Assembly: GCA_009783465.1 (NCBI GenBank)
Contig: WRDM01000006.1
Span: 27,197-91,196, forward strand
DNA: 64,000 nucleotides
Direction: 5' to 3'
From: Phycisphaerae bacterium
Lineage (GTDB): Bacteria > Planctomycetota > Phycisphaerae > SM23-33
Below the pieces are notes generated by a model, which saw nothing but the letters and a program-made list of their open reading frames with translations, was not told the origin of the DNA and searched no databases. A program made the translations under genes and the position numbers. How positions within the stretch are numbered: the first letter of the stretch is position 1; every line of letters starts with the position of its first letter. This document shows positions 46,741 through 56,174 of the stretch, piece after piece.

Positions 46741-48750
46741 ATGGCTCATGACATTATAAAGGACTCGGTGGAGGCCCAGACGCATCGGGCCAGCGCGTTT
46801 ATTATTGCCATTTTGCTTGGCGGCGTGCTGGTGGTGCTCTCCTACATCGCGTTGTGGTTTGTCTTCCCCGAGTACACCGACGCCGACGGCAGCAACTTCT
46901 ACAGCGACGTGCTGGCCCTGGCGGGCACCGTCCTGCTGGGCGCGCCCATTGTCGGGCACGCGTTCAAGCATTTGGCCAAGGGGCACATGCACATGGACGA
47001 ACTGGTCGCGCTGGCGGTGATCGCTGCCGTCGCGACGGGCGACTACCAGACCGCCGGCGCGGTGGCGTTTTTCCTGCTGTTGGCCAACCTGATCGAGACG
47101 CGCACGGCCCTTGGCGCCCGCGCGAGCATCGAGAGCCTCATCCGTCTGACGCCCAAGAAGGCCCACCGCGTCCGGGACGACAAGGAAGAGTTGGTCGATC
47201 CGCGCGAGCTGAAGGCCAACGACATCGTTCGCGTGCGGCCTGGCGACAACGTGCCCGCCGACGGCGTGATTGTCAGCGGGGCCAGTTCGATCAATCAGGC
47301 GAATATCACGGGCGAGTCGCTGCCGGTGGACAAGGCCGTCGGCGACGAGGTGTTCAGCGGCACGAACAACCAGGCCGGCGCGATCGACGTCCGCGTCACG
47401 CGGGCCGGCGAGGACACCACGCTGGGCAAGGTGAAGAATCTCATTCTCCAGGCCCAGTCGAGCAAAATCCCGGTCATGCGGATGATCGACCGTTACGCGG
47501 CCTGGTATACGCCGACGATTTTGATGCTGGCGGGCGCGGTGTTGTTTTTCACGCGGGAGGCCGACGGCATGAACCGCGCGGTGACGATGCTGGTGCTGGC
47601 CTGTCCGTGCGCGTTGATTCTGGCGGTGCCGACGGCGATCGTGGCGGCGCTGAGTTGCGCGGCCCGGCTGGGCATTTATATCAAGGACGTCTCCGCGTTG
47701 GAGACGGCGAAGAATTTGACGGGGTTCGTGTTCGACAAGACCGGCACGTTGACGACGGGGCAGTTGAGCGTGACGCAGATGAAGCCCGCCCCCGGCGTGG
47801 ACGGGGCGGATTTGTTGTCGGCGGCGGCCAGTGCGGAGCAGATGTCCAAGCACCCGGTGGCCAGGGCGGTGGTGGCGGTGGCGGAGAAGGCCCGCATTTC
47901 GCTGGGGAAACCGAAGGATTTCGAGGAAATTTCAGGCCGAGGCGTGCGGGCCAGCGTGGACGGCTCGACGGTGATGGTCGGTCGGGCGACGTGGCTGGCG
48001 GAGCAGGGCGTGGACATGTCGCCGATGAACGACCCGCGATTCGCCGAGCCCGAAGGCGTCTCGACGCTGTACGTCGTGCGCGACGGGATGCTCTTGGGCT
48101 GGATCGGCCTGGAGGACCGCACGCGCGGCGAAGCCCGTCACGCGCTGGACGAGCTGCGCGGGGTCGGCATGAAGGATCTGGTGATGGTGACAGGCGACCG
48201 CTGGAGCGTTGCCCGCCGCGTCGCGCGGGAGATGGGCTGCACCGAGGTGCAGGCCGAGGTCTTGCCCGCGGACAAGCTCGAGCTGGTGGCGGCGATGAAG
48301 CGTCGCGGCCACAAGGTGGCGGTGGTGGGCGACGGCGTGAACGACGCGCCGGCCTTGGCGGCGGGCGATCTGTCCATCGCGATGGGCGCCGCCGGCAGTG
48401 ACGTGGCCATCAATTCCGCCGCGATTGCCCTGATGAACAACGACCTCCGCCGTCTGCCGTTTTTGATCAAGCTCTCCCGCCGGACGATGAAGGTGATTCA
48501 CCAGAATCTGATTTTCGGCGTGGTGTTCATTGTGCTTGGCCAGGTGGCCGCCGCGAGCGGATTGATGAAAATTCCGATCGTCGGCGCGGTGCTGCACATG
48601 CTGGCGGCAACGTTCGTGATCTTCAACTCCGCCCGCTTGGTCCGCTTCGGCGACGAGGAAGACCTGGCGCAGGGCCAGGCCGAAACGGCGCCGGCGCCCA
48701 GGGCGAGAGTGGAAGTGGTGGCGGTGGAAGCGGCAGCCACAAGCCACTAG
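46741..48750 (+). CDS. Heavy-metal translocating P1B-type ATPase (no N-terminal CxxC metal-binding domain)
   Basis: ITGESLPV, CPC (LACPCALIL), FDKTGTLT, VGDGVNDAPAL. The stop codon lies within a family A arm. Confidence 0.9.
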   Translation: MAHDIIKDSVEAQTHRASAFIIAILLGGVLVVLSYIALWFVFPEYTDADGSNFYSDVLALAGTVLLGAPIVGHAFKHLAKGHMHMDELVALAVIAAVATGDYQTAGAVAFFLLLANLIETRTALGARASIESLIRLTPKKAHRVRDDKEELVDPRELKANDIVRVRPGDNVPADGVIVSGASSINQANITGESLPVDKAVGDEVFSGTNNQAGAIDVRVTRAGEDTTLGKVKNLILQAQSSKIPVMRMIDRYAAWYTPTILMLAGAVLFFTREADGMNRAVTMLVLACPCALILAVPTAIVAALSCAARLGIYIKDVSALETAKNLTGFVFDKTGTLTTGQLSVTQMKPAPGVDGADLLSAAASAEQMSKHPVARAVVAVAEKARISLGKPKDFEEISGRGVRASVDGSTVMVGRATWLAEQGVDMSPMNDPRFAEPEGVSTLYVVRDGMLLGWIGLEDRTRGEARHALDELRGVGMKDLVMVTGDRWSVARRVAREMGCTEVQAEVLPADKLELVAAMKRRGHKVAVVGDGVNDAPALAAGDLSIAMGAAGSDVAINSAAIALMNNDLRRLPFLIKLSRRTMKVIHQNLIFGVVFIVLGQVAAASGLMKIPIVGAVLHMLAATFVIFNSARLVRFGDEEDLAQGQAETAPAPRARVEVVAVEAAATSH

Positions 48751-48876
48751 CCACAAGGTAAGGCACGTCGGTGGCGAAGTGAGAGCGTTGATTCGTTAAC
48801 TCGTTACTTCGTTGCTCGTGGTTGGTGAATGGAAGTGTTTGTTCGATGAGACGGTCGCATGGTTGACGTGAATAAC

Positions 48877-48976
48877 AACAGATTGGCCTTCCCGGTCTCG
48901 TGCCGGAGTGCCGGTACACAGCCGCGAAGCGGCGTTGTATATAGCCCAGGGCGAGCCGTACCCGGCGAGCCCTGGG
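48877..48976 (-). repeat. Family E repeat, copy 5
   Basis: Its reverse complement is nearly collinear with copy 6. Together they form a large IR. Confidence 0.8.
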
Positions 48977-49091
48977 GTAGCGGCCCCAACGAAATGAAGC
49001 CCCGGAGGGGCGTCTTGTTGTTCCACGCGTTCAGGCGTTCGCACTACGATACGACGCCCCTTCGGGGCTTGGATGGTATAGAGCAGCCTGT

Positions 49092-49191
49092 CCCAGGGTT
49101 CGCGGAGTACCGCTCACCCTGGGCTGTAGATGACGCCCCTTCGGGGCTGTGTGCCGGCACTCCGGCGCGAGACCGGGAAGGCCAGTCTGTT
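49092..49191 (+). repeat. Family E repeat, copy 6
   Basis: cccagggttcgcggagtaccgctcaccctgggctgtagatgacgccccttcggggctgtgtgccggcactccggcgcgagaccgggaaggccag. Confidence 0.8.
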
Positions 49192-49316
49192 ATTTCCCGC
49201 GATTACAAAGAAATAAAAGTAACCGAAGTGACTAGAGAAATCAGTGTAACGCTGTTTGCGACTGGCCTTGCCATACCTGGTGGCTTGTGGCTAGTGGCTT
49301 GTGGCTTGGGTGCGTA

Positions 49317-50807
49317 ATGATTCGATTCCTGTCCATCACGCATAACACGTTCATCCAGACGATCCGCCAGCCGATCTACGTCGTCGTGATCCTGGTTGTA
49401 TTCGCGGTGCTCGCGTTGACGCTGCCGCTGGCGGGGTGGACGGTTTCGACGGACTATCACGCCACCGACCAGTTGTTCCTGGAGGTGCTGGGGCTGGCGA
49501 ATCTCGGGGCGGCGGGGCTGCTGCTGGCGGCCTTCAGCGCGTCCAGCGTGCTGGCCAGGGAGATCGAGGAACGCACCGCGCTGACGGTGATTGCCAAGCC
49601 GGTGGCCCGGTCGACGTTTGTGCTGGGCAAGTTCGCTGGCGTGGCCGGGGCCGTCGCGATCGGGTTTTATCTGTGTTCGATCGTTTTCCTGCTGACGATC
49701 CGTCACAAGGTGATGTCGGCGGCGTCGGATTCGTTCGATTGGCCGGTGATCGTGATGGGGGTGTCGGCGCTGCTGTTGACGACGGCCGTCGCCATCGCGG
49801 GCAACCTGGTGTTCGGATGGCACATGACGTCCACGGCCGTCTGGTCGGGGCTGGCGTTTTTCACGGCGGCGTTTATGGTGGTGCTGTTTGTTGGCAAGGG
49901 GTGGGTGGCCGTGGTGCCGGGGTACGACGTGGTGCCCAATCCATTTCGCCCCGAGTCGCCGGTGATTACGGGCAAGCTTGTGACGGCGGTGGGGTTGATT
50001 TTCCTGGCCGTGATGGTGTTGACGGCGGTCGCGGTGGCGGCGAGCACGCGCATGGGCATGTTGATGACGCTGCTGACGTGCGGCGCGGTGTTTGTTCTGG
50101 GCGGCATGCATCCGAAGTTCCAGGTGTTGGCCCAGAGCGTGCCGGCGGTTCACGCGTTGACGTTCGCGCTGCCGAATCTGACGTATTTCTTCGCCGTGGA
50201 TGCGATGGCCGATCCGAAGGTGAGCATTCCGCTGTCGGTGGTCGGTTGGTACGTGTTGTACGCGGCGGTGTACATCGCGGGCGTGCTGGCGGCGGGGATC
50301 GCGTTGTTCCAGACACGCGAATTGTCGAATCAGGAGGGCGGTTCGTCGCTGTCGGGGGCGATGGGCGTGCTGGCCTGGGCGGGCAGGGTCGAGGCGGCCG
50401 TGCTGGTCGTCGCGGGCGTGTGCGTGCTGTCGACGCTGTTTCGCGCCGGGTTGTCGGCGGCGACGACGGGTCTGCCGCTGCTGCTGGCGGGCGTGGGCTT
50501 GTGGCTGTTATGGGGTTTCTTCGCGCGAGGCCGACGGTGGGGGTTCGGACTGGTCGGCCTGCGTTTCGTGGCGCAATTGGCGTACGGCGTGCTGGGGTTG
50601 TACCTCATCACGCTTCGGCCCGACCTTGGCGCCAACACGACCGGATATCTTTTCGTGGGAGCGGTTCTTGCCGGAGTCGCCCTGTTGATCCTGGCGCTGC
50701 CGCACACGCGCCAGCATTTTGGATGGGTTCGATCAAACAAAACGCGTCAGGCCCTGCCCATGGCCGTGCACGGGCCCTCGCACGCCGCGGTGAGCCATCA
50801 TGAGTGA
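49317..50807 (+). CDS. ABC-2/NosY-like polytopic membrane protein (496 aa)
   Basis: The N-terminus MIRFLSITHNTFIQTIRQPIYVVV and the segment LAREIEERTALTVIAKPVARSTFVLGKF are typical of ABC-2 permeases. There are extra C-terminal TM helices. Confidence 0.6.
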   Translation: MIRFLSITHNTFIQTIRQPIYVVVILVVFAVLALTLPLAGWTVSTDYHATDQLFLEVLGLANLGAAGLLLAAFSASSVLAREIEERTALTVIAKPVARSTFVLGKFAGVAGAVAIGFYLCSIVFLLTIRHKVMSAASDSFDWPVIVMGVSALLLTTAVAIAGNLVFGWHMTSTAVWSGLAFFTAAFMVVLFVGKGWVAVVPGYDVVPNPFRPESPVITGKLVTAVGLIFLAVMVLTAVAVAASTRMGMLMTLLTCGAVFVLGGMHPKFQVLAQSVPAVHALTFALPNLTYFFAVDAMADPKVSIPLSVVGWYVLYAAVYIAGVLAAGIALFQTRELSNQEGGSSLSGAMGVLAWAGRVEAAVLVVAGVCVLSTLFRAGLSAATTGLPLLLAGVGLWLLWGFFARGRRWGFGLVGLRFVAQLAYGVLGLYLITLRPDLGANTTGYLFVGAVLAGVALLILALPHTRQHFGWVRSNKTRQALPMAVHGPSHAAVSHHE

Positions 50808-53193
50808 ACATCCTCTGCAAACACAACAACCCGCCAGTGATCCCCTCGACGTCGTCAGTCAGCGTCGCGGCAAGCATATCGCCATTGCCGGCTTCGTCGT
50901 GCAACTGGCCCTTAGCGGCGTGCTGCTGGTGATCTGGAAGCTGACGGATTCGCTTTCGGCGATGTCGCTGGGCTGGCTGATGATCAGCGGCAGCCCGCTG
51001 TGGCTGATGAGCGCCGTGCTGTTCTATGTCCGCCAGTTGGCCTGCCAGGAGACGCTCGAACTGGAGCAGATTTCCCGCCAGGCCGCCGCGGGGTCGATCT
51101 TCGAGGCCAACGACATTTCGCTCCGCCCGGCCGCGAGCCGCGTGGCGTTCGTCCTGCGGTGGGTCGTGCCGATTTTCTCGCTGGCGCTGGCGTTGTACCT
51201 CGTGGGCGCGGGGCTGATGATGATTCGCTCGGCCTGGCTCAGCGGGGCCGACGGCGAGCTGCCGATTTCGCAGGCGATGGCGTCGCAACTGACGATCTTC
51301 ATTTTCGCGACGGTGGGCGTGGGTTTCGCGGCCTTTTTGTTCTCCCGCTATGCCACCGGGCTGGGCAGTCAACAAACCTATCGGCCGCTGCGGGCCACCG
51401 GAAGTTACCTGCTGGTGTGTGTGCTGGGCAGCCTGGTGCTGGCGGTGGCGCTGATGTTGGCGTACGGCAAGTATTATGCGTTCGATCGATATTTCGCGTT
51501 GGCGTTGCCGGCGGCGGCGATGATTGTTGCCGTGGAAATGATCTTCAACTTCGTGCTGGACATTTATCGGCCTCGCGTTCGCGGGCAGGAGGCCAGGCTC
51601 GCGTACGACAGCCGGCTGTTGAATCTGCTCGCCGAGCCAGGCCGGGTCGGGCACGGCATGGCGGAGGCGTTGAATTACCAGTTCGGTTTTGAGGTCTCCA
51701 AGACGTGGTTTTACCAGTTGTTGTCGCGGGCGTTGGCGCCGCTGATGCTGGCGGCGGTGCTGATCATGGTGCTCCTGACGAGCGTGGTGATCGTGCCGGA
51801 GGGCGACCAGGCCGTCGTCTTCGTCATGGGCAAGGCCAAGCCCGAGACGCTCAAATCGGGGCTTCGCGTCAAGCTTCCCTGGCCGCTCGCGACCGCCGAA
51901 ATCATCGACACCAGCGCCATTCACGAAATCCTCCTTGGCACCGGCGCGGCCCGGACCAGCGAGGACATCGAGAAGAACTACATCACCAGCCCCGCCACCG
52001 GGCGGAAGGAAGTGCAGCTCTGGACCACCGAACACGGCACGCAGGCGGAGAATGATTTCCTGGTGGCCGTGCCGGCGTCGCGGGACAATCCCGCCGCCGT
52101 CAACGTCATCAAGCTGGTGACGTGCGTGCAGTACGTCATCGACGATCCGTTCAAGTATTCGTACACGTACGACGACGCGCGGGCGCTGCTCGAGTCGGTG
52201 GCATACCAGGAGATGGTCCGCTACCTTGCCAGTGCCACGTTGCTGGAGGAGGACGGCACGCATCCGGGCCGGCCTCAGGCGATCATGACGACGGGTCGGC
52301 AGGCGGCGGCGGTGGCGTTGATGGAACGCATTCGCGGCCGCGTCGGGCCCGCCGGACTGGACCTGGGCGTGGCGATCGTGAACGTGGATTTCCAGTCGGT
52401 TCACCCGCCCGCGTCGGCGGCGGAGGCGTTCGAGAAGGTGCTCGCCGCCGAGCGAGGCCGCGACGTGCAGCGGTACGAGGCGCAGAAGCAGGCGAATCTC
52501 ATTTTGGCGCAGGTGGCGGGCACGCCGTCGGCGGCGTTGAGGCTGGCGTTCGCGATCGACCGCTATCAGAACCTCGAATCGCTGTCGCTGTCGCGTGAGG
52601 CGAATCTGGCCAAGCAGGTCGACACGTATCTCAAGCGGGCCTTGGATGACCTGGCCACGCTGCGTGAGGAGATTGAACGGGACGAGCTTTCGGGCAAGGC
52701 GTACACGGTGGCGCGTGTGGCGGAGGAGCAGGCGGCGGGCGAGTCGGTGGACATCGCCGACGCCGGCGACGCGCTGGCGGACAAGCGGCTGCTTCGCGAG
52801 GAGTACCGCCAGTACATCGCGACGTTGCAGGCCCTCAAGGCCGACCCGGCCTCGGTGGATTTGGCCAAGGCCCTCGACGACGCCAGTCGGCAGGCGAATG
52901 AATTGTTCGCCAAGGCGCAGGGCGAGCCGGCGCGTCTGTTGGCCGAGGCCCGCGCCGACCGGTGGTCGCGCGTGATGGCCGAACGGGCGCGAGCGGAGAC
53001 GTTCGACCGCGAGTTGGCCGCCTTCGAGGCCGCCCCGCAGCTGTACGTCTTCGACCGCTGGATGGACGTCATGGACCAGACGCTTCCGGACATCACCAAA
53101 AAGATCATCGCGGCCCCGCGACATTTCTATGAAGTTTGGTACGACCAAAGTCGCGGCGCCGGGGCCATGCAGGGCGCGCTGGAAGATCGGTAA
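50800..53193 (+). CDS. Polytopic membrane protein fused to an SPFH/band-7 domain and a coiled-coil tail (797 aa)
   Basis: 8-nt overlap with the upstream gene. About 7 hydrophobic helices, then IVPEGDQAVVFVMGKAKPETLKSGLRVKLPWPL (SPFH start), then a long Ala/Glu/Arg-rich helical C-terminus. Confidence 0.7.
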   Translation: MSEHPLQTQQPASDPLDVVSQRRGKHIAIAGFVVQLALSGVLLVIWKLTDSLSAMSLGWLMISGSPLWLMSAVLFYVRQLACQETLELEQISRQAAAGSIFEANDISLRPAASRVAFVLRWVVPIFSLALALYLVGAGLMMIRSAWLSGADGELPISQAMASQLTIFIFATVGVGFAAFLFSRYATGLGSQQTYRPLRATGSYLLVCVLGSLVLAVALMLAYGKYYAFDRYFALALPAAAMIVAVEMIFNFVLDIYRPRVRGQEARLAYDSRLLNLLAEPGRVGHGMAEALNYQFGFEVSKTWFYQLLSRALAPLMLAAVLIMVLLTSVVIVPEGDQAVVFVMGKAKPETLKSGLRVKLPWPLATAEIIDTSAIHEILLGTGAARTSEDIEKNYITSPATGRKEVQLWTTEHGTQAENDFLVAVPASRDNPAAVNVIKLVTCVQYVIDDPFKYSYTYDDARALLESVAYQEMVRYLASATLLEEDGTHPGRPQAIMTTGRQAAAVALMERIRGRVGPAGLDLGVAIVNVDFQSVHPPASAAEAFEKVLAAERGRDVQRYEAQKQANLILAQVAGTPSAALRLAFAIDRYQNLESLSLSREANLAKQVDTYLKRALDDLATLREEIERDELSGKAYTVARVAEEQAAGESVDIADAGDALADKRLLREEYRQYIATLQALKADPASVDLAKALDDASRQANELFAKAQGEPARLLAEARADRWSRVMAERARAETFDRELAAFEAAPQLYVFDRWMDVMDQTLPDITKKIIAAPRHFYEVWYDQSRGAGAMQGALEDR

Positions 53194-53199
53194 CGAGAA

Positions 53200-53398
53200 C
53201 GTAGCATGGGCGTCCCGCCCATGCGTTCCACGGGCGTCTCGCCCGTGGTGAGGTTGGCTGGATGTTTTGTACGGTGGATTGTTGACGCCCACACAGATGT
53301 GACGTTGAGTCGGCGTGTGGTGTGGACGTGTTGCCTGTCGTTACGGTTGCATGGGCGAGACGCCCATGCGACTCACGGGCAAGATGCCCGTGCTACGG
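53200..53398. repeat. Family G hairpin-of-hairpins element, copy G3 (inside the SPFH cluster)
   Basis: Arms at 53200-53253 and 53345-53398 (gtagcatgggcgtcccgcccatgcg... / ...cacgggcaagatgcccgtgctac). Confidence 0.8.
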
Positions 53399-53431
53399 TT
53401 TGAACAGCCTGATAACGAGGAAATGATTGAT

Positions 53432-54385
53432 ATGAAAAAGCACAAGGTAATTTTCGTGATGGCGGTGCTGTTGGTGGCGGTGTTGTTGGCCAACACGGTG
53501 ATGTTCGCGGTGGACGAGAAGCGCGACATCGTGTTGCTGGCGACGTTCAATTCCATCGGCGAGCCGATCTGGGGCAACCGCGACGATGCCGCCGGGCTGC
53601 ATTTCAAGGCCCCCTGGCCGATCCAGAAGGTCGTCCGCTACGACAGCCGCCAGATGGTCTTCGAGGACGCCCTCCAGGAGGTCGCCACCGCCGACAAACA
53701 GAACGTGCTCGTCATGATGTTCTGTGCGTGGCGGATCGACGACCCGGCCTTGTTCTACCGGGACGTCAAGACCGAGACCAACGCCGAGAAGAGTCTCCAG
53801 GACCGCCTGCGATCGACCAAGGCCGACGTGATTGCCCGCCGCGCGTTGAGCGACCTGGTCAACACCGACCCGGCCCGCATGAAGCTCGAGGACATCGAGG
53901 TGGAGATTCGCAAGGAACTGACCGTTTTCGCCAAGAAACGCGGTATCGAGATCACGCAGTTGGGCATCAAGCAGTTGGGGCTGTCGGCCCGCGTGAGCGA
54001 GACGGTCATCGAGTCGCAGATCAAGGAGCGCGAGCAGGAGGCCCAGACGTACCGGACCGCCGGCGAGGCGACCGCGACGGCGATCGTCGGGCGCGCCCGC
54101 GCCGCCAGCGACACGATCCTCGCCTTCGCCAAGCGTGACGCGGCCATCATCAAAACCGAGGGCGTCCGTGACGCCGCAACATCCTATGAAGCCTTCAGCA
54201 AGCACGAAAAACTCAGCATGTACCTGCGCCTGCTGGAGACCATCCAGAACGGATTCACCCGCAACACGGAAATCCTGCTGGACTTGACCAACCCCACCCT
54301 CGTCCCGCTGCCGCCGAGCATGGAAAGCCTCGGCATCCCTCGCGAGAGACCCATGAGCGGCGGGGGGACGGCGGCGGCGAAGTGA
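53432..54385 (+). CDS. HflC-like SPFH/band-7 protein (single N-terminal TM)
   Basis: MKKHKVIFVMAVLLVAVLLANTVMFAVDEKRDIVLLATFN... The start is ATG 53432 or 53423. Confidence 0.75.
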   Translation: MKKHKVIFVMAVLLVAVLLANTVMFAVDEKRDIVLLATFNSIGEPIWGNRDDAAGLHFKAPWPIQKVVRYDSRQMVFEDALQEVATADKQNVLVMMFCAWRIDDPALFYRDVKTETNAEKSLQDRLRSTKADVIARRALSDLVNTDPARMKLEDIEVEIRKELTVFAKKRGIEITQLGIKQLGLSARVSETVIESQIKEREQEAQTYRTAGEATATAIVGRARAASDTILAFAKRDAAIIKTEGVRDAATSYEAFSKHEKLSMYLRLLETIQNGFTRNTEILLDLTNPTLVPLPPSMESLGIPRERPMSGGGTAAAK

Positions 54386-54390
54386 GGAAG

Positions 54391-54586
54391 AAGCCAGTAG
54401 CCAATAGCCAATAGGTAAGGAACGTTGGTGGCCACGGCAAAAATGAGATGTGTTGGCTTGACGATGCGGTGCGACATGTGGAATGAGATGCGAAAAATGC
54501 AAACGAGGATTTGCCCGGAACCAGTGTGATGCTGTATACGCCAAATCCTGCCATACCTGATGGCTATTGGCTACTGGCTATTGGCT
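54391..54586 (-). repeat. Family A composite element, copy A6 (inside the SPFH cluster)
   Basis: Arms aagccagtagccaatagccaatagg / cctgatggctattggctactggctattggct. Core ends ggtaaggaacg... and ...ctgccatacc. Confidence 0.8.
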
Positions 54587-54596
54587 GAGGAGATAG

Positions 54597-56153
54597 ATGA
54601 TGGCTGACCATAATCACAAACACGATCACGATAACCACGAGCACGGCCCGGCATGTAATCATGGGCACGATCACGACCACGAACCTGGCGTAGGATGTTG
54701 TGCCCACGGGCACGGGGTTGTGGACGACGGGCCTTTGGATACGTCGAACATGGACGTGGCCAGCCGGAGTTTGGCCGACGCGTTGCGGCTGAGTTTCCGC
54801 GTGCTGTCGGTGCTCATGATTGGCGTGCTGATCGCGTTCGCGGTGAGCGGGTTTTCGTTCGTCGACAGCGGGCAGGTGGGCGTGAAGAAAGTCTTCGGCC
54901 GCGTGACGGGCACCAGCCCGGCCGGCGGCGGACTGACGTACACCTGGCCGTATCCGGTGGGCGACATCGAACTGGTCGACGTCCGTGAGCGGCAGTTGCA
55001 GATCAAGGATTTCTGGATGCTCGAAAGTGCCGCCGACGTCGGCAAGGACGTCTCGCAACGCACGACGATGTCGAAGGGCCTGCAGCCCGTGCTCGACGGC
55101 GCGCTCTTCACGGGCGACCGCAACCTGATTCATGCCCGCATCGACTGCCGCTACCGCGTGACGGACCCCGTGACGTACCTCGCCCAGATCGCGCAGGTCA
55201 AGAGCAGCGATATCCTGGCTGAACGCGATCGCGATAAGGCGCTGGAGGAAGTGGTTCGCATGGCCGTCTGCCGGGCGGCCATTCGGTCGGCGGCGGAGCG
55301 GACCGCGCAGCATCTCAAGACGTACAAGAACCATTTCGAGGAAGTGGTTCGCGTGTCGGCCCAGCGGGAATTGGACGCGATGCTCGGTGGCGCGGGGGCG
55401 TCGCAGGTGGTGGTGCTCAACACGTTGTTGATGGACGTTGAGTGGCCTGTGCAGGCCCAGCCGGCGTACGTGGCCGCCGACCAGGCGCGGAAGAATTTCC
55501 AGACCCGCAAGAACGACGCGATTCGTCAGGCCCGCGAGGTGCTCAATCAGACCGCCGGCGAGGAGTACGCCAGGTTGGTCGGTGTGCCCTGGCAGGACGA
55601 CGTGCCCGAGGTCGGCAGCGACACCAATCTTATTGGGCAGTATCAGTGGCTTCGCGAGGAGGCCAATCGCAAGCTGGCCCTGGCGGCGAAGGAAGACAGG
55701 ATCGAGAAGGGTTCCGCCCGCGCCGCCGAACTGCGGGCCGAGGCCGACGAACTCGAGTCCAAGGCGTTGATCGCGCTGGAACGCGTCGGCGACGAACTGA
55801 CCTCCGGCCGCGTGAAGGGCAAGGCCAGCGAAATCCTCGCCAAGGCCCGCGCGGAGTCGATGGATTACATCCTGGCCATGAAGGCCAGGGAGGACCGCCT
55901 GACGCAACTGCTGCCGGAGTACGAGAAATCGCCCGAGATGCTGATGGACCGTCTGTGGCGCGAAACGTGGGACCAGGTGCAGGGGTCGCCGATGGTGCTG
56001 CGGCGATTCATACCGTTCGCGGACGGCCCCCGCACGGTGATCCAGCTTGGCCCGAACCCCGACCATATTAAGGCGTACAACAAGGCGCACGCGGACTGGC
56101 TCAAGGGCGAAGCCGCCCGCAAAGCCAAAACGGAATTACCGCCGGCGCCGTGA
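54597..56153 (+). CDS. SPFH/band-7 protein with a His/Cys-rich N-terminus (518 aa)
   Basis: GAGGAG RBS. N-terminus MMADHNHKHDHDNHEHGPACNHGHDHDHEPGVGCCAHGHG, then a TM helix, then SPFH start FVDSGQVGVKKVFGRVTG, then a coiled-coil tail. Confidence 0.75.
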   Translation: MMADHNHKHDHDNHEHGPACNHGHDHDHEPGVGCCAHGHGVVDDGPLDTSNMDVASRSLADALRLSFRVLSVLMIGVLIAFAVSGFSFVDSGQVGVKKVFGRVTGTSPAGGGLTYTWPYPVGDIELVDVRERQLQIKDFWMLESAADVGKDVSQRTTMSKGLQPVLDGALFTGDRNLIHARIDCRYRVTDPVTYLAQIAQVKSSDILAERDRDKALEEVVRMAVCRAAIRSAAERTAQHLKTYKNHFEEVVRVSAQRELDAMLGGAGASQVVVLNTLLMDVEWPVQAQPAYVAADQARKNFQTRKNDAIRQAREVLNQTAGEEYARLVGVPWQDDVPEVGSDTNLIGQYQWLREEANRKLALAAKEDRIEKGSARAAELRAEADELESKALIALERVGDELTSGRVKGKASEILAKARAESMDYILAMKAREDRLTQLLPEYEKSPEMLMDRLWRETWDQVQGSPMVLRRFIPFADGPRTVIQLGPNPDHIKAYNKAHADWLKGEAARKAKTELPPAP

Positions 56154-56174
56154 GACGGCCGATAGTCGAAAGTC

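Larger units (their letters stand above)
48733..49310 (-). repeat. Family A element, copy A5, expanded by nested insertions
   Basis: Outer arms gcagccacaagccactagccacaagg / cctggtggcttgtggctagtggcttgtggc, with core ends ggtaaggcacg... and ...gccatacc. The interior holds a family F arm (48789-48825) and an inverted pair of family E copies. Confidence 0.7.

Noticed and set aside
50608-53292. 894-aa minus-strand ORF. Similar long antisense ORFs occur at 1062-2462, 5452-6951, 19808-21844, 35620-37641, 45277-46455, 46579-47853, 54564-56090 and 56907-58463.
   Set aside because: All lie opposite confidently recognised genes (SPFH, UbiD, MATE, guaA, pstS/hydrolase, P-type ATPase, ABC). All have Arg/His/Pro/Gly-rich low-complexity products, and none has a plausible RBS.
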